From a virus, in UHGV virus genome UHGV-2038699: 25,477 bases of DNA. The stretch is one strand, 5' to 3'. Below the pieces are notes generated by a model. It made no database searches and was not told the DNA's origin. It saw nothing but the letters and a program-made list of their open reading frames with translations. Position numbers and translations under genes: made by a program. Below, piece after piece: positions 6,956 to 16,727 of the stretch; position 1 is the first letter of the stretch, and the number at the start of each line of letters is the position of its first letter.

Positions 6956-8020
6956 TCACACCTGTACTTTTTGGAGCGTCGACTGACTATATAATTCACG
7001 ACTGCCACGCGCAAAGCACATCAAATCCATGTACCACGCCTGACCTCTGGTGTCGCCAGTATAGTCGATAGCTTTGACGATATAAACGCCATCCGTCGCA
7101 ATGCTGGCAGCCTGTGACGTCGTACCGGTCAGCACACGGTTGCCATTCTCTTCAGTTTCGGTGATACGCCCGGGCGACTGTGCGATTTCGCTATTACCGA
7201 GCGACGCGCGGTACACCGAAGCCTGATCGAGCTGGATAAGACCATTAATGCGGATGTTTGGGTTTATCAGGCACCGCACGTTTACGCCGCCGCCCATCGT
7301 CTGTTGCGGCATACCAATCAGGCCAGTATTGGCATTCAACACAATGGCTTCGTGAATATATTTATCCTCCGGCACCATCTGGACCTGACCATCCACCAGC
7401 TGCCATGTCGCTTTGCACTGCGCTGCAATATTATCCATCACGTTACGAGTGGATGAGTAAATCGCGCGGCCACGAGGAAACACGGTATCAGGAAAATCGC
7501 CGGTAATGCCCTGTGTCACGCCGAACACGTTGAAATCCTGCATCGTCGCCCGGTGCAGATCCGCAACGGTATAGCCAGCGGCAAGCGTAGTGATGGTAGT
7601 CGCGTAGAGGAACGCTTCATGATCTCCAATAGCCTGAATCAACACCCAGGAATCGGTAATGTTGTCCTTCCCGGTTACGGTAAAGCGAATATCACCGTCA
7701 AAAATCAGGCCGTAGTTCTGACCGTTCACCTGCCCTATCTGGTCTGGTGAAATCTCTCGGGCGACGCCGACCTGGCTCGCATCAACATCCGGCGCTATAC
7801 CGTCATACCCGGCAATGATGCGAATTTTGGCAAACTCCTGCCCCAGTATCTTGTTCGTGGTATCGGTCGAAAGGTTGTAAATTTTCACGTTCGCCACGCG
7901 CGGCCAGCGTGTGTCTGCCCACTCGATCTGGAACGTGACCTTAAAGTCAGACAGGGAAACGCCCTGCCCGTTCTGGTCCAACAGTTGCAGCTCAAAATGG
8001 CGCATCCAGTTAAGAGACAT
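6956..8020 (-). CDS. Baseplate hub / tail protein (P2 gpD / Mu gp44-like position)
   Basis: 354 aa, located between the tape-measure-proximal genes and spike V; assignment is by size and synteny only. Confidence 0.45.
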   Translation of the reverse strand: MSLNWMRHFELQLLDQNGQGVSLSDFKVTFQIEWADTRWPRVANVKIYNLSTDTTNKILGQEFAKIRIIAGYDGIAPDVDASQVGVAREISPDQIGQVNGQNYGLIFDGDIRFTVTGKDNITDSWVLIQAIGDHEAFLYATTITTLAAGYTVADLHRATMQDFNVFGVTQGITGDFPDTVFPRGRAIYSSTRNVMDNIAAQCKATWQLVDGQVQMVPEDKYIHEAIVLNANTGLIGMPQQTMGGGVNVRCLINPNIRINGLIQLDQASVYRASLGNSEIAQSPGRITETEENGNRVLTGTTSQAASIATDGVYIVKAIDYTGDTRGQAWYMDLMCFARGSRELYSQSTLQKVQV

Positions 8021-8022
8021 TT

Positions 8023-8328
8023 CTACTCCTGCACGAAAATGAGGTGGCTGTATGTGCCGAGGTTGGTTTTGGTGGGCTCGTCCGGTGCGCCTACATCGCA
8101 GCCAACGAGCAGCGCCCCGTTAATACCTAGTTGAGGATATTGCTCAAGAAGATTTACACCGGTTACCAGCGGCACGCCAGAAAGAAGCGCAGCACCGCCG
8201 CTATCCATCACGTCCATGATCCAGCCAGCCGCATCGCGCCAGATGATCCTGAGCGTATAGGTGGTATTGCCCAGCAAAACGCGGAACTGCTGATTGTCAG
8301 GAGAAAGCGGTATTTCGTTAAACTGCAT
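8023..8328 (-). CDS. Tail/baseplate assembly protein, hypothetical
   Basis: ATG at 8328 with GGGGGA RBS, 1 nt after the upstream stop; the track ORF extends to a TTG at 8364. Function unassigned. Confidence 0.4.
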   Translation of the reverse strand: MQFNEIPLSPDNQQFRVLLGNTTYTLRIIWRDAAGWIMDVMDSGGAALLSGVPLVTGVNLLEQYPQLGINGALLVGCDVGAPDEPTKTNLGTYSHLIFVQE

Positions 8329-8329
8329 A

Positions 8330-8932
8330 TCATCCCCCGAATGCTGATGTAACGCTTCCGCCAAGCTGGCTCAGCAAGGATTCGTTTGGCTGTGTAGTGG
8401 ATTTCGTCCCGGAATTTTGCACCGCCGATGTGCTGACGCCATCCTGCATATCTGATTTATCAGCAACACTAACGCTCTGCGTTTGCGACATGATCACTTC
8501 ACGCAGGGTAAGCGTGCAGTTCAGCACGTTTTCGCTGGTTTTGTCCGTTGTCACCTCGATGGCTCGCACCAGCATATTGCTGTACACCCGCTTTCCGGTC
8601 ACCACATCGAACGGCACCCGAGAGGACTGGAGATCCAGCAGTTGCTGATAGGTCTCTTTCGGGCTTAGTCCGGCGCTGAGGCCGATTGAAGATGTATCAA
8701 TGAAGTCCAGCAACGAACCGCCACCAGCGAAGCCGCATTCCATTGTGACTTCGCTGGGGCGCTTATACGCATGATCGGCGATGAAGCCCGAAGCGCTATT
8801 CGTTGTTGGCTTCTCCACCGGGTGCTCAGTAATTTCGAGCGCATCAGAATGCTTTTCGGAGACGACCACGCTGGGGATCAGCAGGCCAATTCGCCGGGAT
8901 TGCTGGCGAAAAATCGCTGATAAAATATCCAT
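8330..8932 (-). CDS. Tail protein, hypothetical (between tape measure and hub)
   Basis: 200 aa; ATG overlaps the tape-measure stop codon (translationally coupled). Confidence 0.4.
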   Translation of the reverse strand: MDILSAIFRQQSRRIGLLIPSVVVSEKHSDALEITEHPVEKPTTNSASGFIADHAYKRPSEVTMECGFAGGGSLLDFIDTSSIGLSAGLSPKETYQQLLDLQSSRVPFDVVTGKRVYSNMLVRAIEVTTDKTSENVLNCTLTLREVIMSQTQSVSVADKSDMQDGVSTSAVQNSGTKSTTQPNESLLSQLGGSVTSAFGG

Positions 8933-10944
8933 TATCTCGGTCCTGCGGGGAGTTGCTGGGTTAACTGTGAATTCACGCCCTTTTGACGGTCAACAGTCAA
9001 ACGGGCAGCTTCGCGAGGATCGGAAACGCCGTGGATGTTAATGTTCGTTTCCTGCTGAATCACCGGGGCGCTGGTGGGCATATTGCTCATTACTTTCGGA
9101 ATGTAATTGCGCGTTTCCTGCGGCATTAGCCCCATTCCATAACGCTTAACATTCCCGATCCCCCAGTTATATGATGCCAGTGCTTTGCTAAGGTCTCCGC
9201 CGTTCTGCCGCAACAGCTGGCTGAGGTACTTAGCGGCTGCCTGAGCTGACTTTTCCGGGTCGAATACATCATTCCCACGCAGGCCCATGTCGCGCGCCGT
9301 GCCATCCATAAACTGAAACAGTCCTTTCGCGCCTGCGCCGGATATGGCGAACTGGTTACCACCCGACTCGGTGATCGCCACGCTTTTCAACAGGCCAGCT
9401 GGCAGCTGATAAAGCGACTCCAGTTTATTGAACATTGGCCCCATCCAGTCGAGCAATACCTTACCCTGGGCTGTGGCTTGTGGGCGCTTCACTGACTGGG
9501 CGTATTGCTCCGGTTCAGCGCCTGGAATATCTGACTGAATATTCGCGCCATACACGGTATTGGGATTGCGGCCAAAATCGGTATTAAACCCCATCCAGCG
9601 GAGCGCATCTCCGATGTTTCCTTTGGTGTAGTCCCATGATGATTTAGCGCTTTCTTTAATATTATGCCTGTCGTCCACCAGATACCCGGCATAAATAGCC
9701 CACAGCTTCAGCCATGGCGGCATAGGTATTCCGGCTAACTTAGCAAATGCAGAGGTTATTTTGCTTAACCATACCCCTGCAATGAAGGTAGCCAAAATTT
9801 CCAGTGAGTTCTGCCACCCACCGACAGAATCTTTTAGCTCCAACAGCTTATCTCGCAGCCAGATAATTGCCTTTTTCGCCTTTTCTATTGCTGGTTCCCA
9901 CTTGCTCCAGTCAATCAGGCTTTTTCCGCCCTCTTTCCACGTCTGGTAATCGTCATAGAGTAATCCGATCGCCAGAATCAGCGTGGTGATAATTCCAATC
10001 GGGGATTTCAGGAACGCAGAATTAAGCAGACGCCATGCGACAAGTAGAGCACCGAATATTTTCAGCAGATTTTTACTGCCATCGTCAAGACGCTTCCACC
10101 AGTCGATGACAGAGCCAGCGCCCTGTATCAGCCGCCACGCCATTCTCGTGAATGCGTTCGCAAGCCAGATCACGCCGTTAATAACTCTGGTAAGCGTCTC
10201 TTCAATCTTCGGGAAATTGTCGAGGATGCGCCGCCGCAGGCTGTCCAGCGAACCAGCCAGGCCACCAGCGAGGTTTGAGCCGATCTTGTCCCGCATGATG
10301 CCGAACAGCGACGTAAGCCCGCGCATGGACGTCATGAATTTGTTGGACTGAACAGCCGCTTTATCAGCGTTGAACCCTGTCTTTTGCAGCATCGACTGGT
10401 AATCGGCGGTAAAGCCATTCATGCCGCGCCGCATCGCCATCAGCGTGTTTTCATCGATGCCAAGCATCTGCGCGTATTGCTTCGCGCGGTAATACGGCAT
10501 GTTGTTGAGCTTTTGCCCAACGCCAGTAAAGATGGCCGCAGTATCACGCATCTTTCCGCTGGCATCACGGGTCTGGACACCCAGGCGGTTCAGGAAGCCT
10601 TCCGCCCCCGGATTGCTACGCATGAACCCCGCCAGCCCTTCGAGGGAGGACATAGCCGACTCGGCGCTGGCACCGGTTTGCGATGCGGCATAGCCCAGCG
10701 CTTTGATGCCCTGGACGCTGGCCCCCGTCCGCTGGGATGCCCAGTAAATTTTATCCAGACCATTCGCGATCTGGGTGGTAAATCCGACAATGCTCAGCGC
10801 TGCGCCTTCCACCACCGCGCCGACCTTCAGAACGTTCGCGGTAACACCTTTCAGCACGGCTTCAAACTTATTAGCGCCAGCCTGATCGATATCGAATCCC
10901 AGCGAAACAAGGAAATCTTTAATCGTATCTGCGTTACCGCTCAT
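8932..10944 (-). CDS. Tail tape measure protein with C-terminal lytic transglycosylase (SLT) domain
   Basis: 670 aa, largest tail gene, downstream of chaperone/tube/sheath; internal hydrophobic segments; C-terminal motif SVAITESGGNQFAISGAGAKGLFQFM characteristic of SLT catalytic Glu-Ser region. Confidence 0.75.
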   Translation of the reverse strand: MSGNADTIKDFLVSLGFDIDQAGANKFEAVLKGVTANVLKVGAVVEGAALSIVGFTTQIANGLDKIYWASQRTGASVQGIKALGYAASQTGASAESAMSSLEGLAGFMRSNPGAEGFLNRLGVQTRDASGKMRDTAAIFTGVGQKLNNMPYYRAKQYAQMLGIDENTLMAMRRGMNGFTADYQSMLQKTGFNADKAAVQSNKFMTSMRGLTSLFGIMRDKIGSNLAGGLAGSLDSLRRRILDNFPKIEETLTRVINGVIWLANAFTRMAWRLIQGAGSVIDWWKRLDDGSKNLLKIFGALLVAWRLLNSAFLKSPIGIITTLILAIGLLYDDYQTWKEGGKSLIDWSKWEPAIEKAKKAIIWLRDKLLELKDSVGGWQNSLEILATFIAGVWLSKITSAFAKLAGIPMPPWLKLWAIYAGYLVDDRHNIKESAKSSWDYTKGNIGDALRWMGFNTDFGRNPNTVYGANIQSDIPGAEPEQYAQSVKRPQATAQGKVLLDWMGPMFNKLESLYQLPAGLLKSVAITESGGNQFAISGAGAKGLFQFMDGTARDMGLRGNDVFDPEKSAQAAAKYLSQLLRQNGGDLSKALASYNWGIGNVKRYGMGLMPQETRNYIPKVMSNMPTSAPVIQQETNINIHGVSDPREAARLTVDRQKGVNSQLTQQLPAGPR

Positions 10945-11121
10945 TGGCCGCTCTCCATTTATCTATCCGGGCGTCGTTATCCTCGCGCATGTCGAGGTAG
11001 TCATTGAGAAGCGCGATGCGGCAAAGATCTACCGCACCGCTGTTAAGGTCTTTCTGGTCAATATGGAAGGCAAGCGCCGGACGAAGAATAAAATCTTCAC
11101 CGCCCGGCAGGCTATTGAAGG

Positions 11122-11547
11122 TTATTCCGCTGGCGGGGTGGGCGTCTCGCTGGTAGGGAGTCCTTGCAAAAAATTTCCCAGAGAGTCGGCGACCACCCGC
11201 GCCACCAGTTGCAGCATGGTCAGCAGGTCGATATCGTCAAACGCCATTTCGCCATGCTGGCAGACCGGCACCCAGCCTTTCATGTGCTCGCGTGAAACAA
11301 CGGAAAGACAGGGGAACAGGATAGCGTCCACGTCGCCATCACTCAGATCGGACACAGCATTGGCAATCTTTGGCAGGATGGTAGCCATCGCGCCTTCGGT
11401 GTCTTTGCTGCTGATCTTCTCCTGAACGCTCCGGAAGTCAGAAACCATCCCGGCCAGAACCGGCAACAGCTTGCGGGACACCTTCAGCTGTTCGAAAACG
11501 CTGAGCTTTGCGGTGCGATATTTCACGCCTTTAATTTCGAATTCCAT
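11122..11547 (-). CDS. Tail assembly chaperone (lambda G-like role)
   Basis: 141 aa between tail tube and tape measure; acidic; followed by a 177-bp apparent gap that is covered by the -1 frame extension. Confidence 0.55.
   Translation of the reverse strand: MEFEIKGVKYRTAKLSVFEQLKVSRKLLPVLAGMVSDFRSVQEKISSKDTEGAMATILPKIANAVSDLSDGDVDAILFPCLSVVSREHMKGWVPVCQHGEMAFDDIDLLTMLQLVARVVADSLGNFLQGLPTSETPTPPAE
11167..11179 (-). promoter_or_regulatory. Putative programmed -1 ribosomal frameshift (slippery) site near the 3' end of the tail assembly chaperone gene
   Basis: mRNA reads GGG AAA UUU UUU G: heptamers A_AAU_UUU and U_UUU_UUG in the chaperone frame; the -1 frame stays open for a further ~65 codons to a stop at 10934-10936, overlapping the tape-measure start. 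Confidence 0.5.
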
Positions 11548-11550
11548 GCG

Positions 11551-11991
11551 TTAAAACTCCCCGAGAAGCTGGTCAATCTTGCCGCAGTCGAATACCCATG
11601 CGACGGTTCCGCCCTCTTTAGCGTTATTGAAATCAGGCTGTTTCTGGAATGCACACGAACGTGCAGTAGAAATATCACCCGATGCCGTGTTGCGAATGAC
11701 GATCACGTTATTGCCCCAGGTGGCAGAGGACTGGCTTTGCGCGTTATACGCCAGAGACAGCTTTTTATTCACCGGAGAGGTTTTGAGTAGCGTCACCGTA
11801 ATGGTGCCTGACTTATCGGCGTGCAGGCTGTGCATCACCTCGCCATCGGCACCGATGGTCATGGTGTTTTTGTTGCCGCCCATGGTCTGGGTGATACCTT
11901 CCTCAGAGTTCGCAGAACCCTGACCAAGATCGATAACGCCGGTCGGCCCGGTGAGCGACGCGGTTACATCGAGAAAAGAATAAGTTGCCAT
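11551..11991 (-). CDS. Tail tube protein
   Basis: 146 aa directly downstream of the sheath gene; synteny sheath-tube-chaperone-tape measure. Confidence 0.55.
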   Translation of the reverse strand: MATYSFLDVTASLTGPTGVIDLGQGSANSEEGITQTMGGNKNTMTIGADGEVMHSLHADKSGTITVTLLKTSPVNKKLSLAYNAQSQSSATWGNNVIVIRNTASGDISTARSCAFQKQPDFNNAKEGGTVAWVFDCGKIDQLLGEF

Positions 11992-12001
11992 TTATCGCTC
12001 C

Positions 12002-13162
12002 TTAGCGAACCACGTTGATCTGCACATCGGCATAATGAACTGCGCCAGCCAGCTTACAGGCCACCTGGATTAACGGTGCTTTGCGCGCTTCGCGGTCGGC
12101 CTGCGCCTGTTCGGACAGCGGTTGCGCATACACGTAATAGCCTTTGGTCAGCGTATCGCCGGAATTCAGCTGTCCGATAGGGCCACCATTCCACACGCCA
12201 GCAGCTACCAGACCGTTCGTGACGGACTGATCCATGGACTGTTCAACGTTGGAAAGCAGACGGGTCACACCGGCATCAGTCTGCGGAATTTTGGTGGTGC
12301 TGGTGTAAAGCAGGTTATAGAGGTTGGTCTGAACGTAGTTCTGCAACCAGTCGAGCCCGTGGCGCTCGTCGAAGAAGTCACCGTTCGCCATGACACCCTG
12401 TTGCAGGATCGCCGTGTCGTTGGCGTAGTACACGAATACGTTCGCATTCTTCGTATCCACCGCAGCCGCCTGGCCTACCGTCAACGTTTCGTAGGTTACG
12501 CTTGGTTCCTGTTTGAACTTCAGGGTAATGGTGGTATTGCTGCCGTTGAAATTGACAGTAAACGCACGACCGAAAGCAGAAACCGCTGCGTAAGGGCTGC
12601 TGGTGGAATACTGAATAAAGGTACGGGCATACTTGCCAGCCTTTAATTTCGACGCAACATCGGTCGTCGAAGTCGTGCTGATAATCTCGGCGTCGGCAGA
12701 GGTCACACCAAAGATACGGCTAAGGCTGGACGCTTCAATAAGTTTGGCGACCTCAATCACGTCATCAGCATCAAGCACATCGCCACCAGCGACAACATCA
12801 TCAGCGACAACCAGCCCATACCAGTTGGTATATTGCAGGCAGGCATTAACGGCTTGCACGATAGTTTCAGTATTTCCACTCTCGGAAGAACTCAGCGTCT
12901 TCGCCCAGCGACCAACATAAACCTGTGTCGGCTTCGGTGACTGGCTGAAGAAAACCTGCGCTGCTTTATATTCCGGGCTGTCGACACCGAAGTCTTCGCC
13001 AATGTCCTCAACGGAAGCATATAGGCGAGTACGTTCTGTCACCGGAATGACAGTGGAAGAGCCAAGGATTAGCAATGCGCCGAAGTTACGACCAGTAGCC
13101 GCTTTCGGCGAGATGATCACATCAACGTTTACAACGTTGGATACAGGTAAGCCCTGCGTCAT
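12002..13162 (-). CDS. Contractile tail sheath protein
   Basis: 386 aa, first gene of the tail block after the connector proteins; size and position typical; family (DUF3383-like) is from memory, not searched. Confidence 0.55.
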   Translation of the reverse strand: MTQGLPVSNVVNVDVIISPKAATGRNFGALLILGSSTVIPVTERTRLYASVEDIGEDFGVDSPEYKAAQVFFSQSPKPTQVYVGRWAKTLSSSESGNTETIVQAVNACLQYTNWYGLVVADDVVAGGDVLDADDVIEVAKLIEASSLSRIFGVTSADAEIISTTSTTDVASKLKAGKYARTFIQYSTSSPYAAVSAFGRAFTVNFNGSNTTITLKFKQEPSVTYETLTVGQAAAVDTKNANVFVYYANDTAILQQGVMANGDFFDERHGLDWLQNYVQTNLYNLLYTSTTKIPQTDAGVTRLLSNVEQSMDQSVTNGLVAAGVWNGGPIGQLNSGDTLTKGYYVYAQPLSEQAQADREARKAPLIQVACKLAGAVHYADVQINVVR

Positions 13163-13165
13163 AGT

Positions 13166-13729
13166 TTATTCTCCAAAAAAGGTGACTGGCACTTCCACCA
13201 GCGATTTGATGCCATACTCGCGGACAACCTTCCGGCGCAGTCGCACCGTCATGTCGTAACGGCGAACCCATTGCTGGTTGATAAGTTCGGGGAAAGGGGT
13301 CAGAGCGGTATAGTCGCCAAGGGATAAACCAAGCGCGTTCAGCTCAGCATTGTTTTGCGGGACAGATATACCATCGCGAAAACGGGACGCATAAGACATA
13401 CCAGCCGGACCATAGAACGACGCCATGCACTCGAACGTTTCATGCCTCCAGAGCTGAGCGCCCTCTTCAGTCTGCCCGGTGAATGCAGGGTTGTTATCAA
13501 TGAGCAACCCGGTAACGCCAAACGCGCACCAGTTCGTTTCAACGGGTGGCAGTGGCGGCTGATTTTTCTGCCAGCGCGGACGAACCATTCCAGACGGCAA
13601 GCCGGAAACATTGCGCATCCACTGGCTTAGCAGCCTGTCGAGCGCTTCGTCATAAGCCGGATCGCCGCTGGTGGGTGTCAGCCAGCCGCGCTCTGTGCTG
13701 GTGTTATTGCTCAATGGGAGTTCCCCCAT
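13166..13729 (-). CDS. Head-tail joining / tail completion protein, hypothetical
   Basis: Start ambiguous: ATG at 13729 (chosen), GTG at 13771 (track), ATG at 13618. Part of the connector gene block. Confidence 0.35.
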   Translation of the reverse strand: MGELPLSNNTSTERGWLTPTSGDPAYDEALDRLLSQWMRNVSGLPSGMVRPRWQKNQPPLPPVETNWCAFGVTGLLIDNNPAFTGQTEEGAQLWRHETFECMASFYGPAGMSYASRFRDGISVPQNNAELNALGLSLGDYTALTPFPELINQQWVRRYDMTVRLRRKVVREYGIKSLVEVPVTFFGE

Positions 13730-14093
13730 CAAACGGCAGTAATTCACAATGAGCCTGGACGAAGCCAGCACCGTAAGCCGTATACGGGTCGACGAAGGTC
13801 ACACGATAATCACGGCCCTGATACGTCACGATATCGGCATCACGGCCAGTCTGTCCCTGCGTCAGTCGCTCAGTCGTCACAATCAGAATTGCACCGCTGA
13901 TCACCTGCCCTGCCTGCATACGGCGGTTTTCCAGAGAGCGATCAACAGTTACGACTCCGGCAAACTGCTTTTTAACTTCGCTGTCGCTGCCGATCCCATC
14001 CTCATCCACCGTTTGCACACGGCGTGTTACCCACAAATTGAAGTCGCAAAAATCGGGGTCAAAAAGCACATCTGTTACATCAAGAGTCGGCAT
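13704..14093 (-). CDS. Head-tail connector protein, hypothetical
   Basis: 129 aa; start overlaps the upstream stop; position between capsid and sheath. Confidence 0.4.
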   Translation of the reverse strand: MPTLDVTDVLFDPDFCDFNLWVTRRVQTVDEDGIGSDSEVKKQFAGVVTVDRSLENRRMQAGQVISGAILIVTTERLTQGQTGRDADIVTYQGRDYRVTFVDPYTAYGAGFVQAHCELLPFDGGTPIEQ

Positions 14094-14634
14094 CTTTATC
14101 CCTCACAATATGGGTAATAGCTCTGCGATATTGCCCGGTGTCGATTAGCGGTTTCACCAGATCGGTTCCAGGAGACTCACCAGCAGCGCGCCGCGCAAGT
14201 TCCTCTTTTGCCCCTTTGCGCCCACGGCGTGCGCGTGCTTCAACGGTGCTATCAGCAAGCGGTGTAAAGCCGGTAATGGTCATGTAACGCCTGACGCCAT
14301 TCGCGGCCAGCGTTCCGGCGCGGTTAAGCGCTCTTTCCGCACCCGCCGCATTTCCATCAAGCGCAGCCTGCGCCGCTGCTTTGAGCTGCGGCACCGTCTG
14401 TTCCTCTACCGATTTAACGCCTGGGATCAGGTGCGGGCGTGGGGGGATGTTTTGCGCTGGTGAGCCGTATTCGTTGACGTAACCGATCCCGGCATTACCA
14501 AACGGAACATCTTCACGCTCGCTGTCTGCTTCCGGGATACCCACCAGCACTTCTTTTTTACTGATGGATTTGAGCGCATCCAGAATGGCCTGAGCGTTAT
14601 CCACCCTCGTTGTTACACCGCTTTTGAAGCTCAT
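14080..14634 (-). CDS. Head-tail connector / head completion protein, hypothetical
   Basis: 184 aa; ATGA overlap with the upstream gene. Confidence 0.4.
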   Translation of the reverse strand: MSFKSGVTTRVDNAQAILDALKSISKKEVLVGIPEADSEREDVPFGNAGIGYVNEYGSPAQNIPPRPHLIPGVKSVEEQTVPQLKAAAQAALDGNAAGAERALNRAGTLAANGVRRYMTITGFTPLADSTVEARARRGRKGAKEELARRAAGESPGTDLVKPLIDTGQYRRAITHIVRDKDADS

Positions 14635-15038
14635 AGCTGGCGACCGCCCGCACCGAACATCGTGATCAGCTGATAAAATTCAGCGCCATATCGGGTGTTA
14701 TTCCAGAAGCCTGCGTCAGGGTTTAGCGTCGCGCTGGTGTCATAGCTGACGCTTACCTTGTCAACAGACTTGGAGGATTGAACACCATTGGTTGAACCGC
14801 CCGGGCCGCCAACCAGCATTGCCCGACTATCTGCCGCCCATAGCGTCATGTAGTGAGCCACGAACAACCCGGCAAAGTACGGAAACAAATCTTTGCCGGT
14901 GACGTTTTCGCTCAGCAGTTCATCGGCCAGATTCAGACGAAACTGGATTTGCGCTTCGGGATATTTGGCAGGGTCAGCAAACTGCGGGAAGTCGCGGCGA
15001 AAATCACTTACCGCTGGCAGACTTTGATTCTTTGGCAT
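14631..15038 (-). CDS. Head-tail connector protein (DUF4054-like)
   Basis: 135 aa following the capsid gene region; family recalled from sequence features, not searched. Confidence 0.45.
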   Translation of the reverse strand: MPKNQSLPAVSDFRRDFPQFADPAKYPEAQIQFRLNLADELLSENVTGKDLFPYFAGLFVAHYMTLWAADSRAMLVGGPGGSTNGVQSSKSVDKVSVSYDTSATLNPDAGFWNNTRYGAEFYQLITMFGAGGRQL

Positions 15039-15225
15039 TTTTTACCTCGTTACGCGCGTCTGTGGCTTTGCCAACGGATACTTCCGCGTGCGCACGAGTG
15101 AACCAGTGCGTGGCAACGTCTTCCTCCACTGCATGACGGCCTTTAACAAACTCGCGCCGCGAACCGTCGGGAAGCGTGAGCACAAACGGGGTATATACGT
15201 GTATTACTGCATTATTTTTTGCCAT
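15004..15225 (-). CDS. Small phage protein, 73 aa, unknown function
   Basis: ATG with AAGGA RBS 8 nt upstream; overlaps the next gene start by 35 nt; lysine-rich C-terminus. Confidence 0.45.
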   Translation of the reverse strand: MAKNNAVIHVYTPFVLTLPDGSRREFVKGRHAVEEDVATHWFTRAHAEVSVGKATDARNEVKNAKESKSASGK

Positions 15226-15266
15226 CGGGTCATCCTTAATGGCCCCGCCAGGGGGCCATGTGGCTG

Positions 15267-16208
15267 TTAAATGCCATCAACGTACGAAATGGTTTCTTTG
15301 TACACTGGCTCAACCGCACCCAGCTTGCCGTAGTAGGTCGCAATCTGATACAGACCGCGATACTGGATAGGAACGCTCTGCAACGGCACCAGCGGATAGC
15401 GGACGTATTTTTTATCGTTGGTGTACGCAACCATGCGATCCTTATTCCCCACACCACGGCCTTTCAGCCATTTAACCGCGCGGATATTCAGCGGAACACC
15501 GTTCTGGTGATAGCTGATGGTGTTGGTCTGAAGGTACGTCAACAGGGACTGGTTACCCGCAGATGAAACGATGATGCTGGACAACAGAGCAAACTGCTCT
15601 GGCGGGATCAGCAAATCACGCGGAACCACAGAGTAACCGGAAGCGGCCCACGCATCAGACAGCACCTGGTTAATGCTTGCGCGGATTTCGTCCGGTGTTG
15701 AGGTTGCCCACGTTTTGGCAGCGTTGTTGACAGGAACACCGTTCAGGGTAACAAGGCCTTTCAGGTTTAATGCGGAATCGCCAACATACACCTGCTCGTC
15801 GTTGTCCATCTGCCATTTGAGCTGCATCCCGTCGTACTTCTGGGTGTCAATCGGGCGACCTACCTGCTGAGCTGCTGCCAGCTCTACAACGGTCCAGCCC
15901 AGTTCCATGCCCCAGAGATTCAGCGGGTTACCGGATTTGCCGATATCCACGTTTACGCCAGCAATAGCGGTTGAGTCTTTGCCTACCCAGTTTTTGCCAT
16001 TCGGATTTGCACCAGTACCCGCAGCGGCGAAGCTGGTATTCGTCCAGCTGGAAATGTCATCTGCGATAGAGACATCTTCACGCAACTGAATATCGCGGGT
16101 CCATGTGTACCCCACCAGTGGCAGGTTCAGAGTCTGGTCGAGTCGCTCCAGCTCTCCGATGAGAAAGGCACCAGAGCTGTCAACGGTTGCCTGATCAAAA
16201 GTAATCAT
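15267..16208 (-). CDS. Major capsid protein (DUF2184-type)
   Basis: 313 aa; position after the scaffold/protease and decoration-like genes and before the connector block. Confidence 0.6.
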   Translation of the reverse strand: MITFDQATVDSSGAFLIGELERLDQTLNLPLVGYTWTRDIQLREDVSIADDISSWTNTSFAAAGTGANPNGKNWVGKDSTAIAGVNVDIGKSGNPLNLWGMELGWTVVELAAAQQVGRPIDTQKYDGMQLKWQMDNDEQVYVGDSALNLKGLVTLNGVPVNNAAKTWATSTPDEIRASINQVLSDAWAASGYSVVPRDLLIPPEQFALLSSIIVSSAGNQSLLTYLQTNTISYHQNGVPLNIRAVKWLKGRGVGNKDRMVAYTNDKKYVRYPLVPLQSVPIQYRGLYQIATYYGKLGAVEPVYKETISYVDGI

Positions 16209-16219
16209 TCGTCTGTTCC

Positions 16220-16723
16220 TTAAATCTTCCAGGAAATTTCTGCATTGCCGTTAGCGTCACCGGCCCCTGTGAATTCGGCGTTGGTCAGCGCCACGTTTTT
16301 GCCACTGACGGACGTGGACATGAAACCGCCCAGCGGCACTTTGATGGATTCATCAGTGGAGACGACAACGTATACCGGGTCGCCTTTTTTGATGGTGCTG
16401 GCATCAAAATCAGAACCGAGATTAACGGTCATGTAGCCACGCTTCATGGCGTCACCCGGGAAGTTCTTATCCGTCCCCACCTGGCGAATCATGTCTGGCT
16501 GCGATGTGGTCGGATACGGACGAACGTAGATCCCCTTCACCTTGTCGGCGGTGTCACCGTCCGCCAGCGGCACGAAAAAGCCGTCAGCGTCATATTTGCC
16601 AGCCAGACCATAGGCAGCGAAGGCGTTAGCGGATTTAAGGATCACCGGTTCGACGGTTAAGTCCTGCGGGCGAGAGATAGCCCCGGCAATGCCAACAGGC
16701 ATCCGGTACAGATATGCAGTCAT
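16220..16723 (-). CDS. Head structural / decoration-like protein
   Basis: 167 aa between the DUF2213-type gene and the major capsid gene. Confidence 0.4.
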   Translation of the reverse strand: MTAYLYRMPVGIAGAISRPQDLTVEPVILKSANAFAAYGLAGKYDADGFFVPLADGDTADKVKGIYVRPYPTTSQPDMIRQVGTDKNFPGDAMKRGYMTVNLGSDFDASTIKKGDPVYVVVSTDESIKVPLGGFMSTSVSGKNVALTNAEFTGAGDANGNAEISWKI

Positions 16724-16727
16724 TGGA

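Noticed and set aside
10384-11007. Plus-strand 207-aa ORF across the tape measure start and chaperone gap
   Set aside because: Antisense to the tape measure gene; the gap is better explained by the -1 frameshift extension of the chaperone.
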